From a virus: DNA of 64,000 nucleotides. Positions 1-8,219 of this stretch are shown here, one piece after another. A program made the translations under genes and the position numbers. Within the stretch, counting starts at the first letter, position 1; each line of letters opens with the position of its first letter. The notes under the pieces are model-generated. The model was not told where the DNA came from, did no database searches, and saw only the letters and a program-made list of their open reading frames with translations. The DNA lies in the IMG/VR virus record IMGVR_UViG_3300038301_000548, positions 64,001 to 128,000 of that record, one strand, 5' to 3'.

Positions 1-906
1 TTCATGCTGATCTGACTTTCTGTCAGCCATCGCGTCATCCATTCTAGTTATAAAGACGCAGGTTGATTCCATTGTGGCGGCGCCTGCGGTGGTTACTTTT
101 GTTTTTACTAGATTTTCATATTCTTCTTCAAAAGTTTCGCCAAGCCAATAGTGGTTGTAATAATCCTGCAATCCGGTGGATGTGACGCCAGTGTTCGTAT
201 TTACTGGATTAGTATTCAAGACGTTTCTAATATGTTTTTCGCCGGCACGGAATGAGACTTGTTTTTCAATCGTTTCGCCAGTATCAACTTTTATAAGAAT
301 TTTAAATTTGCCCTCAGCATCGATCTTGACAGGAACATGCTCACCGTTGGCTTTGTTATAAAGATTATCTTTACCAGCCTCGGCGCTGGCGTCGGCGGCC
401 TTTACGCCATTCACACCAGGCACGAATGCGGAGCCTGTGGAGTAAATTATCCCCAATAAAGAACAGTTAGCCGTTGAAGCGGCATCCGGGGTAACGGGAA
501 TGTTTGTCCCCCAAATGCCGAAGGCTCGTCTTGCGGCCCAGCCTGCTTTGCCAGTCTCACTTGAGTCGTCGCCTGAGATTCCGGCTAATCTAATAAAAGT
601 TACCGGTGAATCGATTTTAGCTTTAAGATATGCCTGTGCAGCATATGCACCATAAGTCGGTGCAATAAATCCATTCCCATCTCTCCAGACGTCACCGCGC
701 GGAGATCTGCCACCTGGAATAGGTTCTCCAAATATTTCTGTGAATTCTTGGAATGAGTTGACCTTTACAGGTTTGAGGGCTGGGCCACGTTGTGACCGAC
801 CAATTATTACTGGACCGACTCCGCCTGGTGTAGCTGGGATTTGACTTTTATCAATCTCACTAAGAAACACACCGGGTGAGACGAACTTAAATTTCTTTAC
901 AGACAT
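1..906 (-). CDS. Tail sheath protein (T4 gp18-like), N-terminal 302 codons, runs off the window edge
   Basis: Not in the ORF track. Manual translation from ATG at 906 is open to base 1: MSVKKFKFVSPGVFLSEIDKSQIPATPGGVGPVIIGRSQRGPALKPVKVNSFQEFTEIFGEP..., the typical sheath N-terminus (SPGV.L.EID, G...RGP...P..V.S..EF...FG). AAGGAG SD upstream. Confidence 0.9.
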   Translation of the reverse strand, partial: MSVKKFKFVSPGVFLSEIDKSQIPATPGGVGPVIIGRSQRGPALKPVKVNSFQEFTEIFGEPIPGGRSPRGDVWRDGNGFIAPTYGAYAAQAYLKAKIDSPVTFIRLAGISGDDSSETGKAGWAARRAFGIWGTNIPVTPDAASTANCSLLGIIYSTGSAFVPGVNGVKAADASAEAGKDNLYNKANGEHVPVKIDAEGKFKILIKVDTGETIEKQVSFRAGEKHIRNVLNTNPVNTNTGVTSTGLQDYYNHYWLGETFEEEYENLVKTKVTTAGAATMESTCVFITRMDDAMADRKSDQHE

Positions 907-962
907 ACTAATGAATCTCCTTGAAAATCGAGCTTATCTAAAAAAGTAGTATTTTACTTTAG

Positions 963-970
963 TAAATAGT
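963..970 (-). promoter_or_regulatory. ACTATTTA motif, putative late promoter for the sheath gene
   Basis: Plus-strand TAAATAGT about 57 nt upstream of the sheath ATG, just after a terminator; the motif recurs before other late genes. Confidence 0.5.
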
Positions 971-1003
971 TTTAGGATTTTGCAAAAGAATAAAAGAAAG
1001 GAA

Positions 1004-1031
1004 GAAGGCCCCGGAATGAACCGGGGCCTTC
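1004..1031 (-). terminator. Rho-independent terminator after the fibre gene
   Basis: Perfect 11-bp stem GAAGGCCCCGG/CCGGGGCCTTC with 6-nt loop, followed on the minus strand by a T-rich tract. Confidence 0.85.
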
Positions 1032-1058
1032 GGAGAGGTAGGTATCTAGTAGAGTTTA

Positions 1059-4000
1059 TCAGGTCTTGATGAACCTGACGACCAACTCATCACCAGCTGC
1101 AAGAGCATTTGATGAAACTAGGGTAAGAGTGGTACCACTGATATTATAGTCTCGCTCTCCGTTGAAGCCGTTCGCAGTATAGGAACCGGAACGAGCTTGC
1201 AACAAACCGTTAATATAGACACTAACAGCATCAGCACTTGCTGGTGTTGCAGCCATAGTAAAGATACGGCCAGAATTGCCTGCTGTACCACCGCCAGAAA
1301 TAAACGTATCCTGATGGTGTGCGATGCTCAAAACACCACTCGAATTAGCTATGCCAGCACCTGCCATCTTTTCAGCAACGTGATCAAAAGTGATCTCTTT
1401 TGCAACACCGGAAGCGTCTGCGTCCTGAATAACAAATTTGTCACCCGAGGCAACACTGCTATTTGTTAGATCTGCAAGAGCAGAGAAAGTAACACTAGCG
1501 TTATCCAGAGATACGGCGCCGTCGATGTCAACAGAGCCATCAAACTCTGCAGTTCCGTCGAAGCGTGTATATCCGTCAAACTCAACATCTGGATCACCAG
1601 AGCTACCACCAGTCGATGCAAAAAGCACATCGCGGTTGGTATCGATAGTGATGACAGATGTGCCGCCTTCTTGGATGTCGACACCTTCAGCGCCATCGAT
1701 AGTGATCGCGCCAGCAGCGGTATCAATCTCCATTGCATCTTGTGCCTTGATGTCACCCTCTAAGTGAAGGTCCTGCCAAGCGGCAGATGTAGTACCTAGA
1801 TCATAGGTGTCATCCGCGGATGGGATAAGATCACCTGTAACTTTAACATCAGCACTAGAAACTAACAATAGGTCAGTTCCGTCACCACTGATGTAATCTC
1901 CGGCATCACCAAAAGCAAGCTTGTGGCCAGAGGAGACAGTTGCAGTATTGCTAGAGTTAGCATGAGTCAAGGTGAAAGGTTGATCAGAACCAACCTTAAA
2001 AATTGCGGAATTGGACAATAGATCAAGATCGTCGCCAATAACCACACTCTTCGCGACGCTCAGGCCACCGTCAGTTTGCATAGAACCATCAGTGGTTGAA
2101 GTAGCTTCAGTGGCATCATCCACAATAACTCGTCCAGCTGCCGTAATGGAACTTGAAGCATCGATAGCGCCGTTGATATCAACAGTAGTGGCATTGATTT
2201 CAATCTCTGTATCAGATACGAGGTCAAGAACACCATCAGCTGATTGATGAATATAAGTACCACTATCTCCGAACTGAAGCTGGCGACTAGAGTTCAAAAG
2301 AAGTCCAGTATCATGAACGTGAGTTAGATTAACATCTTGACCTGCGCCGAAATTCAATATTGCGCCGTCGGACAACAAATCTAGATCATCGCCGATAACA
2401 GCGCTCTTAGCGACGCTCAAGCCACCGTCAGTCTGTAAGGAGCCATCAGTGGTTGAAGTGGCTTCAGTGGCATCATCAGTTTTGAGGACTCCAGAGAAGG
2501 TACCTGTGCTAGCACCAACGGCAGTAGCAGTCAGGGCGCCCATGACCAATGGAGCAGCAGTGCCAGAAAATACTTCTGAACTGTTCGTAGCTGCACTAAG
2601 TATCGCAAAGCCTTCGGCGCTATCATCCCAACCCATGAAACCGACTCTAGCGCTGGATCCGTCGTGATAACGGAACTCGACGCCGCGGTCCTTGTTATCA
2701 TCGGAGCCAGGAGCACTATCACCGCCCAATGTTATAATTGGATCGTCGACAGTGACCGTCGTGCTGTTCACAGTTACTGTCGTTCCGTTTACAGTAAGAT
2801 TTCCCGTAACGGTATGATTACCTGTGACAGTAAGGTTATCATTAACAGTGGTCTCAGAAGTGCTATGGCCGATGGAAACCGCCACGCCACTGGTTGCAGT
2901 ACCAAGGCTCACACCTGCAGTACCATCGATAGCAACCGCTCCACCGTCGGCATCCATATCGATTGACGCGCCGCCGAGAGTTAAGGCTGCATCGGAATCC
3001 ACTGTAACTGCTGCAGCGCCATCAACAATAAAAGCGCCTGCGGATGCCAAAGTTGCGCCGGTGGAACCATCGTGAGTAATAGTCACATCGCTACCTGCGC
3101 CCAATGCAAGAACTGCAGAGTCAGAAAGTAGCTTCACATCATTCCCCGCGATGATGTCCTTGACAACACTCAGACCACCATCTGTCTGAAGGGATCCGTC
3201 TGTTGCACTAGTGGCATCAGTAGCGTTATTGACATTAAGAACACCGGTTGCCGAAACAGTGGCGCCAGTGGTGGCACCCAATGTTGAAATACCGTCAACA
3301 GTGATTGCGCCTGCGGCGCTGATGGTAACACCAGTTGAGCCGGCGCCACCGGCGATATCAAATGCACCATCGTCTTCAACGCGGAAAACTTCCGTGCCAT
3401 CATACTGCTGAAATACAAAGTCGTCACTATCAACCATGAGTTTCATAATGACAGCACCGGGTGTTCCATCAAGGTCAAGAGCAAGCTGGTCTGTGCCGCC
3501 GTCTTGGAACTTGACGTCACCAGTTGTGGAGTTCAAGTGTAACTCTCCAGTCGAATCAATCGAAATTGGAGATGCAGCGATTGTTAGACCTGTTGTGCCA
3601 TCGTGGGTAAGGGTGGCATCATCGCCGGCGCCCAAAGATAGTATTGCACTATCTGATGTCAGCTTGAGGTCGTTACCGACTGAAAGAGTATCGGATGTTT
3701 TGTTATAGGTAAGGCCGGCGTCGCCACCTAAGGACGAGCCGCCATCATTAAACTGAACTTGGGTATCACTACCCGCTGCAACAGAGCCAATAAGCTCTGC
3801 AACAGTAATCTTTTTAACCGAGCCGGCCGTGGTGATATCGTGAACTGGGATAAAGTCACCTGAAGCTGGTGAAGCACCCAGTGCTGCCAGTGCACTGATA
3901 TCCATCTTAAGCGATGGCTGATCTGATGAACCTGTATAAGCTGAAATGCCGCCAGAACTTGAAAGAGCTAGCTGTTTTGCTGAAATAGTAGTTCTCATTG

Positions 4001-5198
4001 CTGTTGATCCTCCTGACTCACTCGCTGCGTTACTCATACCAGTAACGGAGAATAGGGAGCCTTCATTTGTTGTTGTTATCGTAACGTTACCAACTGAACC
4101 ATCTGTGTCGTTTGTTAAACTAACTGTGCTGCTTGAGCGCGTCGCGGTGATACCGAGAATAGACGCATTGACCATATCTTTAATAGCCTCTGCAATATTT
4201 GCTGTGCTAAGTGAAGCATCAGATCCAGAGCCTGCAATAGTACCCTGTCTGAAATAGATTGGCGTGCCAAAATTTTTGCCCCAAAATTGGTCATTGGTCG
4301 GCGAAGTGCTGTGGTGGTTGTAGTAATTAATATTTGAATCAGATGCCAAATATTCATCATATCCCCATTTAAACGACTTCTTTCTTGCGTCAGTCGAAAG
4401 ACCGGTTGACGCAGTGCCATCAACAAAATTCATAGAACACGCGTTGCCGGCAAAGCCGGCTGTGGTAGCCATGAAAATTACCCAATTACTTTCCGATGAT
4501 GTATAAGTATCGTTAGCAATTGACGAAGGTTGCTGTAGGGTCCCAGCAGCCGTGGCGCCGTATGCCTCAATGTTGATGAGGCCAGCGTCCTCAGCATGGT
4601 TTACCGCCTGCATCAAAGCAGTGTGTAAACGCCAATCATTACCACTTGAATCAATAACTCTGATCCAGTATTCAGCCACGGAGGCCTTCTTATACAACCA
4701 ATACCTAGATGAGCTGGATCCGTATTTAGCTATCAATGACCAAGTGCCATTTGATGTTATATTGGACCCGCCGCCGGCACCGATGCCAACTTTCATCGTA
4801 GTGCCAGATGCATCGGTAAAGATGAAGTGAGGAATAGTGGTAATAGCGGCTAGGCCGGCGCCGTCGTTTAAGCTTGAGTTTATTGCCCAGGCATTAAAGT
4901 TCGACTGATCCGTCATCTCGAAAGCTAAAAGTGCTTTTTTAGCACCATCGGCTTCGTCAAATGTTGGAACCACTAGTCTCCCCTTTTGAGGGTCCTCTAG
5001 AGGAACAGTCGCATCACCGCCGGTGTAATCACCCGCTTTAGCATCGCTGCCTTCTGAATCCAAAAGGCCTCTTGCATTATTATCTATAACAAACGTTAAA
5101 TTATTAGTACCGTCTCCTAACACAAATCTCGGATAAGTAGCTGAGTCGAAACTACCCCCTGCTTGGGAAATTACTACTGTTCCTGTTGCTGCTGCCAT
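1059..5198 (-). CDS. Long Gly/Ala/Thr/Asp-rich virion fibre or structural protein (1379 aa) with internal repeats
   Basis: ORF track; AGGAGG SD; beta-rich repeats (TDGSLQTDGGLSV x3), fibre-type motifs (DPIITLGGD..DNKDRGVEF; GDLIPSADDTYDLG); lies next to the sheath gene. Confidence 0.7.
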   Translation of the reverse strand: MAAATGTVVISQAGGSFDSATYPRFVLGDGTNNLTFVIDNNARGLLDSEGSDAKAGDYTGGDATVPLEDPQKGRLVVPTFDEADGAKKALLAFEMTDQSNFNAWAINSSLNDGAGLAAITTIPHFIFTDASGTTMKVGIGAGGGSNITSNGTWSLIAKYGSSSSRYWLYKKASVAEYWIRVIDSSGNDWRLHTALMQAVNHAEDAGLINIEAYGATAAGTLQQPSSIANDTYTSSESNWVIFMATTAGFAGNACSMNFVDGTASTGLSTDARKKSFKWGYDEYLASDSNINYYNHHSTSPTNDQFWGKNFGTPIYFRQGTIAGSGSDASLSTANIAEAIKDMVNASILGITATRSSSTVSLTNDTDGSVGNVTITTTNEGSLFSVTGMSNAASESGGSTAMRTTISAKQLALSSSGGISAYTGSSDQPSLKMDISALAALGASPASGDFIPVHDITTAGSVKKITVAELIGSVAAGSDTQVQFNDGGSSLGGDAGLTYNKTSDTLSVGNDLKLTSDSAILSLGAGDDATLTHDGTTGLTIAASPISIDSTGELHLNSTTGDVKFQDGGTDQLALDLDGTPGAVIMKLMVDSDDFVFQQYDGTEVFRVEDDGAFDIAGGAGSTGVTISAAGAITVDGISTLGATTGATVSATGVLNVNNATDATSATDGSLQTDGGLSVVKDIIAGNDVKLLSDSAVLALGAGSDVTITHDGSTGATLASAGAFIVDGAAAVTVDSDAALTLGGASIDMDADGGAVAIDGTAGVSLGTATSGVAVSIGHSTSETTVNDNLTVTGNHTVTGNLTVNGTTVTVNSTTVTVDDPIITLGGDSAPGSDDNKDRGVEFRYHDGSSARVGFMGWDDSAEGFAILSAATNSSEVFSGTAAPLVMGALTATAVGASTGTFSGVLKTDDATEATSTTDGSLQTDGGLSVAKSAVIGDDLDLLSDGAILNFGAGQDVNLTHVHDTGLLLNSSRQLQFGDSGTYIHQSADGVLDLVSDTEIEINATTVDINGAIDASSSITAAGRVIVDDATEATSTTDGSMQTDGGLSVAKSVVIGDDLDLLSNSAIFKVGSDQPFTLTHANSSNTATVSSGHKLAFGDAGDYISGDGTDLLLVSSADVKVTGDLIPSADDTYDLGTTSAAWQDLHLEGDIKAQDAMEIDTAAGAITIDGAEGVDIQEGGTSVITIDTNRDVLFASTGGSSGDPDVEFDGYTRFDGTAEFDGSVDIDGAVSLDNASVTFSALADLTNSSVASGDKFVIQDADASGVAKEITFDHVAEKMAGAGIANSSGVLSIAHHQDTFISGGGTAGNSGRIFTMAATPASADAVSVYINGLLQARSGSYTANGFNGERDYNISGTTLTLVSSNALAAGDELVVRFIKT
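1960..3680 (-). repeat. Dispersed roughly 55-aa intragenic repeats in the fibre gene (3 full copies, 1 partial)
   Basis: DATSATDGSLQTDGGLSVVKDIIAGNDVKLLSD / DATEATSTTDGSLQTDGGLSVAKSAVIGDDLDLLSD / DATEATSTTDGSMQTDGGLSVAKSVVIGDDLDLLSN; copies near 2020-2120 and 2380-2480 are similar at the nucleotide level. Confidence 0.85.
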
Positions 5199-5290
5199 AT
5201 CAATCCCTCCTGTTTTTAAGGTTTTTAACAGGTATATACTCTATTATTAATAAACCTATACTTTTAATTAAAGATTATAAAAAGGAATTA

Positions 5291-5310
5291 AAATTTAGTT
5301 AACTAAATTT
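5291..5310. promoter_or_regulatory. Perfect 20-bp palindrome AAATTTAGTTAACTAAATTT upstream of the fibre gene
   Basis: Self-reverse-complementary sequence read directly in the 5199-5332 intergenic gap; function unknown. Confidence 0.4.
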
Positions 5311-5332
5311 ACACTGGACGGGAGAAAAAAAA

Positions 5333-5761
5333 TTAATCTTTCTTAAAGATAACTTTCTCACTTGAATTGGACGGTAACTGGACTGTGTATCCCTCTTCTG
5401 GGATACCGTATTCTAGCCTTAGAGATTCTAAATTGGCTAGGATTTCTTTGTTTTTTCTAGCGATGGAGACCATCAAGCTCGACTTACTTTTCTCATATTG
5501 AATCTGGACTTCAGCTATTTTATATTTTACGATTCTAGCTTCTTCCATCATGGCAACAATATTCTGTGATTCAGTCTCTGAGCATTCTAAATAGTCTGGG
5601 ATTTCTTCAACCTCCTCAGTTTCTGGCTCCAGGTCTGGCTCAGGCGCCTGGTCAGGAACGTCCGGTGGGTCATTATCGTCTTGGAAAGGTTGGTCTTTTT
5701 CTTTCGGTTCTTGGGTCTCTAATGCTGCGACTAAATCTTTTAATTTTTCTAAAATACTCAT
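5333..5761 (-). CDS. Hypothetical acidic/coiled-coil protein, paralog of 6079-6486
   Basis: ORF track gives 5809; ATG at 5761 (MSILEKL) has a GAGGAG SD and avoids overlap. C-terminus YTVQLPSNSSEKVIFKKD. Confidence 0.7.
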   Translation of the reverse strand: MSILEKLKDLVAALETQEPKEKDQPFQDDNDPPDVPDQAPEPDLEPETEEVEEIPDYLECSETESQNIVAMMEEARIVKYKIAEVQIQYEKSKSSLMVSIARKNKEILANLESLRLEYGIPEEGYTVQLPSNSSEKVIFKKD

Positions 5762-5774
5762 AATATCTTCTCCT

Positions 5775-6011
5775 CTATGAAAAAAGAATTTTTTTAAGAT
5801 TTCTAACATTATTATCGAACTTGCAAAAATCAGAATCTAAAAATTGTATTGATTTAATTCTGCATGTGTCGTCTGTGTCTTCAAATTCAAAATAGAATTT
5901 TCCGCTATCTAGACGCGAGCACTTGAGAAGCTTTTTGCCTTGAAGTTGTAGGTAGGCAGCGATACCAATATCACTAGTGGTAAAGGTTTTCTCTGTGGAA
6001 CTATCTTCCAT
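5775..6011 (-). CDS. Small protein resembling the DUF5659 family
   Basis: FTTSDIGIAAYLQLQG...KFYFEF pattern recalled for this family; GGAG SD. Confidence 0.5.
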   Translation of the reverse strand: MEDSSTEKTFTTSDIGIAAYLQLQGKKLLKCSRLDSGKFYFEFEDTDDTCRIKSIQFLDSDFCKFDNNVRNLKKILFS

Positions 6012-6078
6012 GTTTTAACTCTCCATTCTTTTACTGTTAGTGTATATAAATAGAGATCTGGAGGCAGATTATCTAATA

Positions 6079-6486
6079 CTAGTCATCTTTTCTGAGAAAA
6101 TAACCCTTTTCTCCTGTTGAGCTAGGAAGTTTAAGTTCATATGTAAGACCTTCGTCAATGTTTTTTGACTTTTGTAGGGATTGTGCCATATTGTAAAGGT
6201 CGTTTTGACCATAAACAATCTGCGTCATGATATTCGCTTTATTCTTCTCATAGGTCAGGCACATATTGGAGAAATAGTTTTCTAGATCTACAATTTTGTT
6301 GCGAAATTCATGAATATGCTGTACTTCTTCCCATTCGACTTCAATTACTTCTTCGGCTGTTGTAGTCTGTGGTTCTGTGGTTGTAGCAGTCGTAACCTGC
6401 TCTGTGGTTGTGGTTGCAGAGGTTGTCTCTGTTTTCTTCTTAGCTGTCTTTGACATGAATGTTAGCTCCTTTTTTTGTTTGTCCAT
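6079..6486 (-). CDS. Hypothetical protein, paralog of 5333-5761
   Basis: ORF track; Thr-rich N-terminus; C-terminus YELKLPSSTGEKGYFLRKDD. Confidence 0.7.
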   Translation of the reverse strand: MDKQKKELTFMSKTAKKKTETTSATTTTEQVTTATTTEPQTTTAEEVIEVEWEEVQHIHEFRNKIVDLENYFSNMCLTYEKNKANIMTQIVYGQNDLYNMAQSLQKSKNIDEGLTYELKLPSSTGEKGYFLRKDD

Positions 6487-6511
6487 GCTAATAACATAGT
6501 AACATAAAAAA

Positions 6512-7732
6512 TTAGCCTTTTATATAGGTAATTACAATTAAATCAGATTGCTCGACATTTTCGTTGAATTTTATAGTGTTTCCGCCGACAACTGTGTAGT
6601 CTTTTTGGGCCCCGTCGGCCTGGAGCACACCATTCACTAGCACCGACTCACTATTTGCCCGGATCGAATATAACGTTGCAAAGTCTGTAAAACTGGAAGG
6701 GGTTGTGTTAGTGGAGTCTTTTAAAGTTTCCCTTACTATCATGTTTTGACTTAAAACTTCTGAAAAATTATCTGTTGTGACCACGTTTGCGGAAGTCGAG
6801 GATCCGCCGCCTGTACCTGATGTGTTAAAAAAGCTAGCCGCCGGCACGTTGCTGAAATGGTAACCATCATTCAAGAAAGCTTCTTTAATATCTGCTGGAA
6901 CACCTTCTAGACCATAGTAGGAGCCGAATTCGTGCTCTGGTATTTCTGCCAAGGAGATTCTTTCTCTTGGGATCTTAACCTCTACTATATTTTCTCTTAG
7001 TGTGTAGCTTGGCCGGTCTCTGTTCTTGCCCTCTCCTACTATGTATCCAATAACTTTGAGTGATATTTTAGTTTCAAACTTTCGTTCATCAGATGAAAAG
7101 TCAGATAAGTTGTCACTTGATGCATAATTCTCCTGGATGAACCCTTCATACTTATGAGAAGCCTCTTTTAGTCTTACGAAGTTTACTGTGCCCGGTTTTG
7201 TGGCGAATGGAGTCACTAGGTCGTTCATTTGTTGTTGGTATTCAGTTCTAAGTGTTATCTCGTAAGTAACCTCAACATTAACCGGCATTGGAACACTTAT
7301 TGTTTTATATACTATTTTAGGATTTGGTGAAGGATAATTCTTTTGACCATACAGTCTTTGTGCATCGGAATTTGCAAAGCGCATGGTCTTCTTTTGGTAC
7401 AATACCCGGCTAATGTTTAAAGCGCCGCCGCGTGAATCAGCGACTTCTGGAATATTGCCCTGAAAAACACCCGAAGATGCTCTTGACTTATCGAAAGAAC
7501 TTCTTCTAATAGAAATGATAGGCAAAACTAGCATTCCTTGACTGTCTCTAATTTCTTTGTTATTTTTAGATTGGAACGCTCTTTCTGCCGAGCCCCATAT
7601 AACAGGAACTGGTTTAAACCCTTTGTTCGTCATTACTTGCAATTGGAGTCCTGAAACAAAGTTGTAAACGGAGCGATCGATGGTCTCTATGCTGGAGCCT
7701 TCAAAGTGGACTCTTAATGAATCATCTGACAT
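6512..7732 (-). CDS. Tail terminator / tail completion protein (T4 gp15-like) with C-terminal extension
   Basis: Motifs VPVIWGSAER, LPIISIRR, PMPVNVEVTYEITLRTEYQQQMNDLV; follows gp13/gp14-like genes. ATG at 7732 (track start 7735 is TTG). Confidence 0.75.
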   Translation of the reverse strand: MSDDSLRVHFEGSSIETIDRSVYNFVSGLQLQVMTNKGFKPVPVIWGSAERAFQSKNNKEIRDSQGMLVLPIISIRRSSFDKSRASSGVFQGNIPEVADSRGGALNISRVLYQKKTMRFANSDAQRLYGQKNYPSPNPKIVYKTISVPMPVNVEVTYEITLRTEYQQQMNDLVTPFATKPGTVNFVRLKEASHKYEGFIQENYASSDNLSDFSSDERKFETKISLKVIGYIVGEGKNRDRPSYTLRENIVEVKIPRERISLAEIPEHEFGSYYGLEGVPADIKEAFLNDGYHFSNVPAASFFNTSGTGGGSSTSANVVTTDNFSEVLSQNMIVRETLKDSTNTTPSSFTDFATLYSIRANSESVLVNGVLQADGAQKDYTVVGGNTIKFNENVEQSDLIVITYIKG

Positions 7733-8213
7733 CAAATAGACCCTCTCTTGCTCTGATGCATGTAGCTGCTATTTCAAATCGCGATTCGACTTGGCCAAAG
7801 AGCCACTTGGGTTCTTCCAGCGTCACAATCTCATACATATATTCTCCGTATTGTATAAAATCACCTTCCCTAACAAAAAGATCTTGGTCTTCAGTGAGGC
7901 GCCTTTTGTGGAAACCGACTGATATTTTCTCTATACGGTCAATACCCAGAGGAGTCGTGGTCGTTGCTTGCGAATCATACTTGACCATTGCATAGACTCT
8001 AACAGGATTTAGAAAGTTCTTTTCAATTGCCTCGCCGTAGAGATCGTGAAAGTTTGTATGCTCCAAACTGACAGGGTAATACACTACCGTTTGGCCAACT
8101 ACTCTTTCAATGATCTCATCATTGACTTGCTTTACAAAATCTTTCTCTTTTTTCCCCGTAAACAAGGGAGGAGGAGGACTAGCTGGTTGAGACCACTTAT
8201 TATCATCGGACAT
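7722..8213 (-). CDS. Neck / head-closure protein (T4 gp14-like)
   Basis: VVYYPVSLEHTNFHDLYGEAIEK, VREGDFIQYG motifs; synteny between gp13- and gp15-like genes. ATG at 8213. Confidence 0.75.
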   Translation of the reverse strand: MSDDNKWSQPASPPPPLFTGKKEKDFVKQVNDEIIERVVGQTVVYYPVSLEHTNFHDLYGEAIEKNFLNPVRVYAMVKYDSQATTTTPLGIDRIEKISVGFHKRRLTEDQDLFVREGDFIQYGEYMYEIVTLEEPKWLFGQVESRFEIAATCIRAREGLFDVR

Positions 8214-8219
8214 CAAACA

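Noticed and set aside
5775-5809. Possible +1 frameshift (CTT TTT TCA TAG / AAAAAAA run) fusing the DUF5659-like ORF to the downstream ORF
   Set aside because: The downstream ORF has its own GAGGAG SD and ATG at 5761; no stimulatory structure seen.
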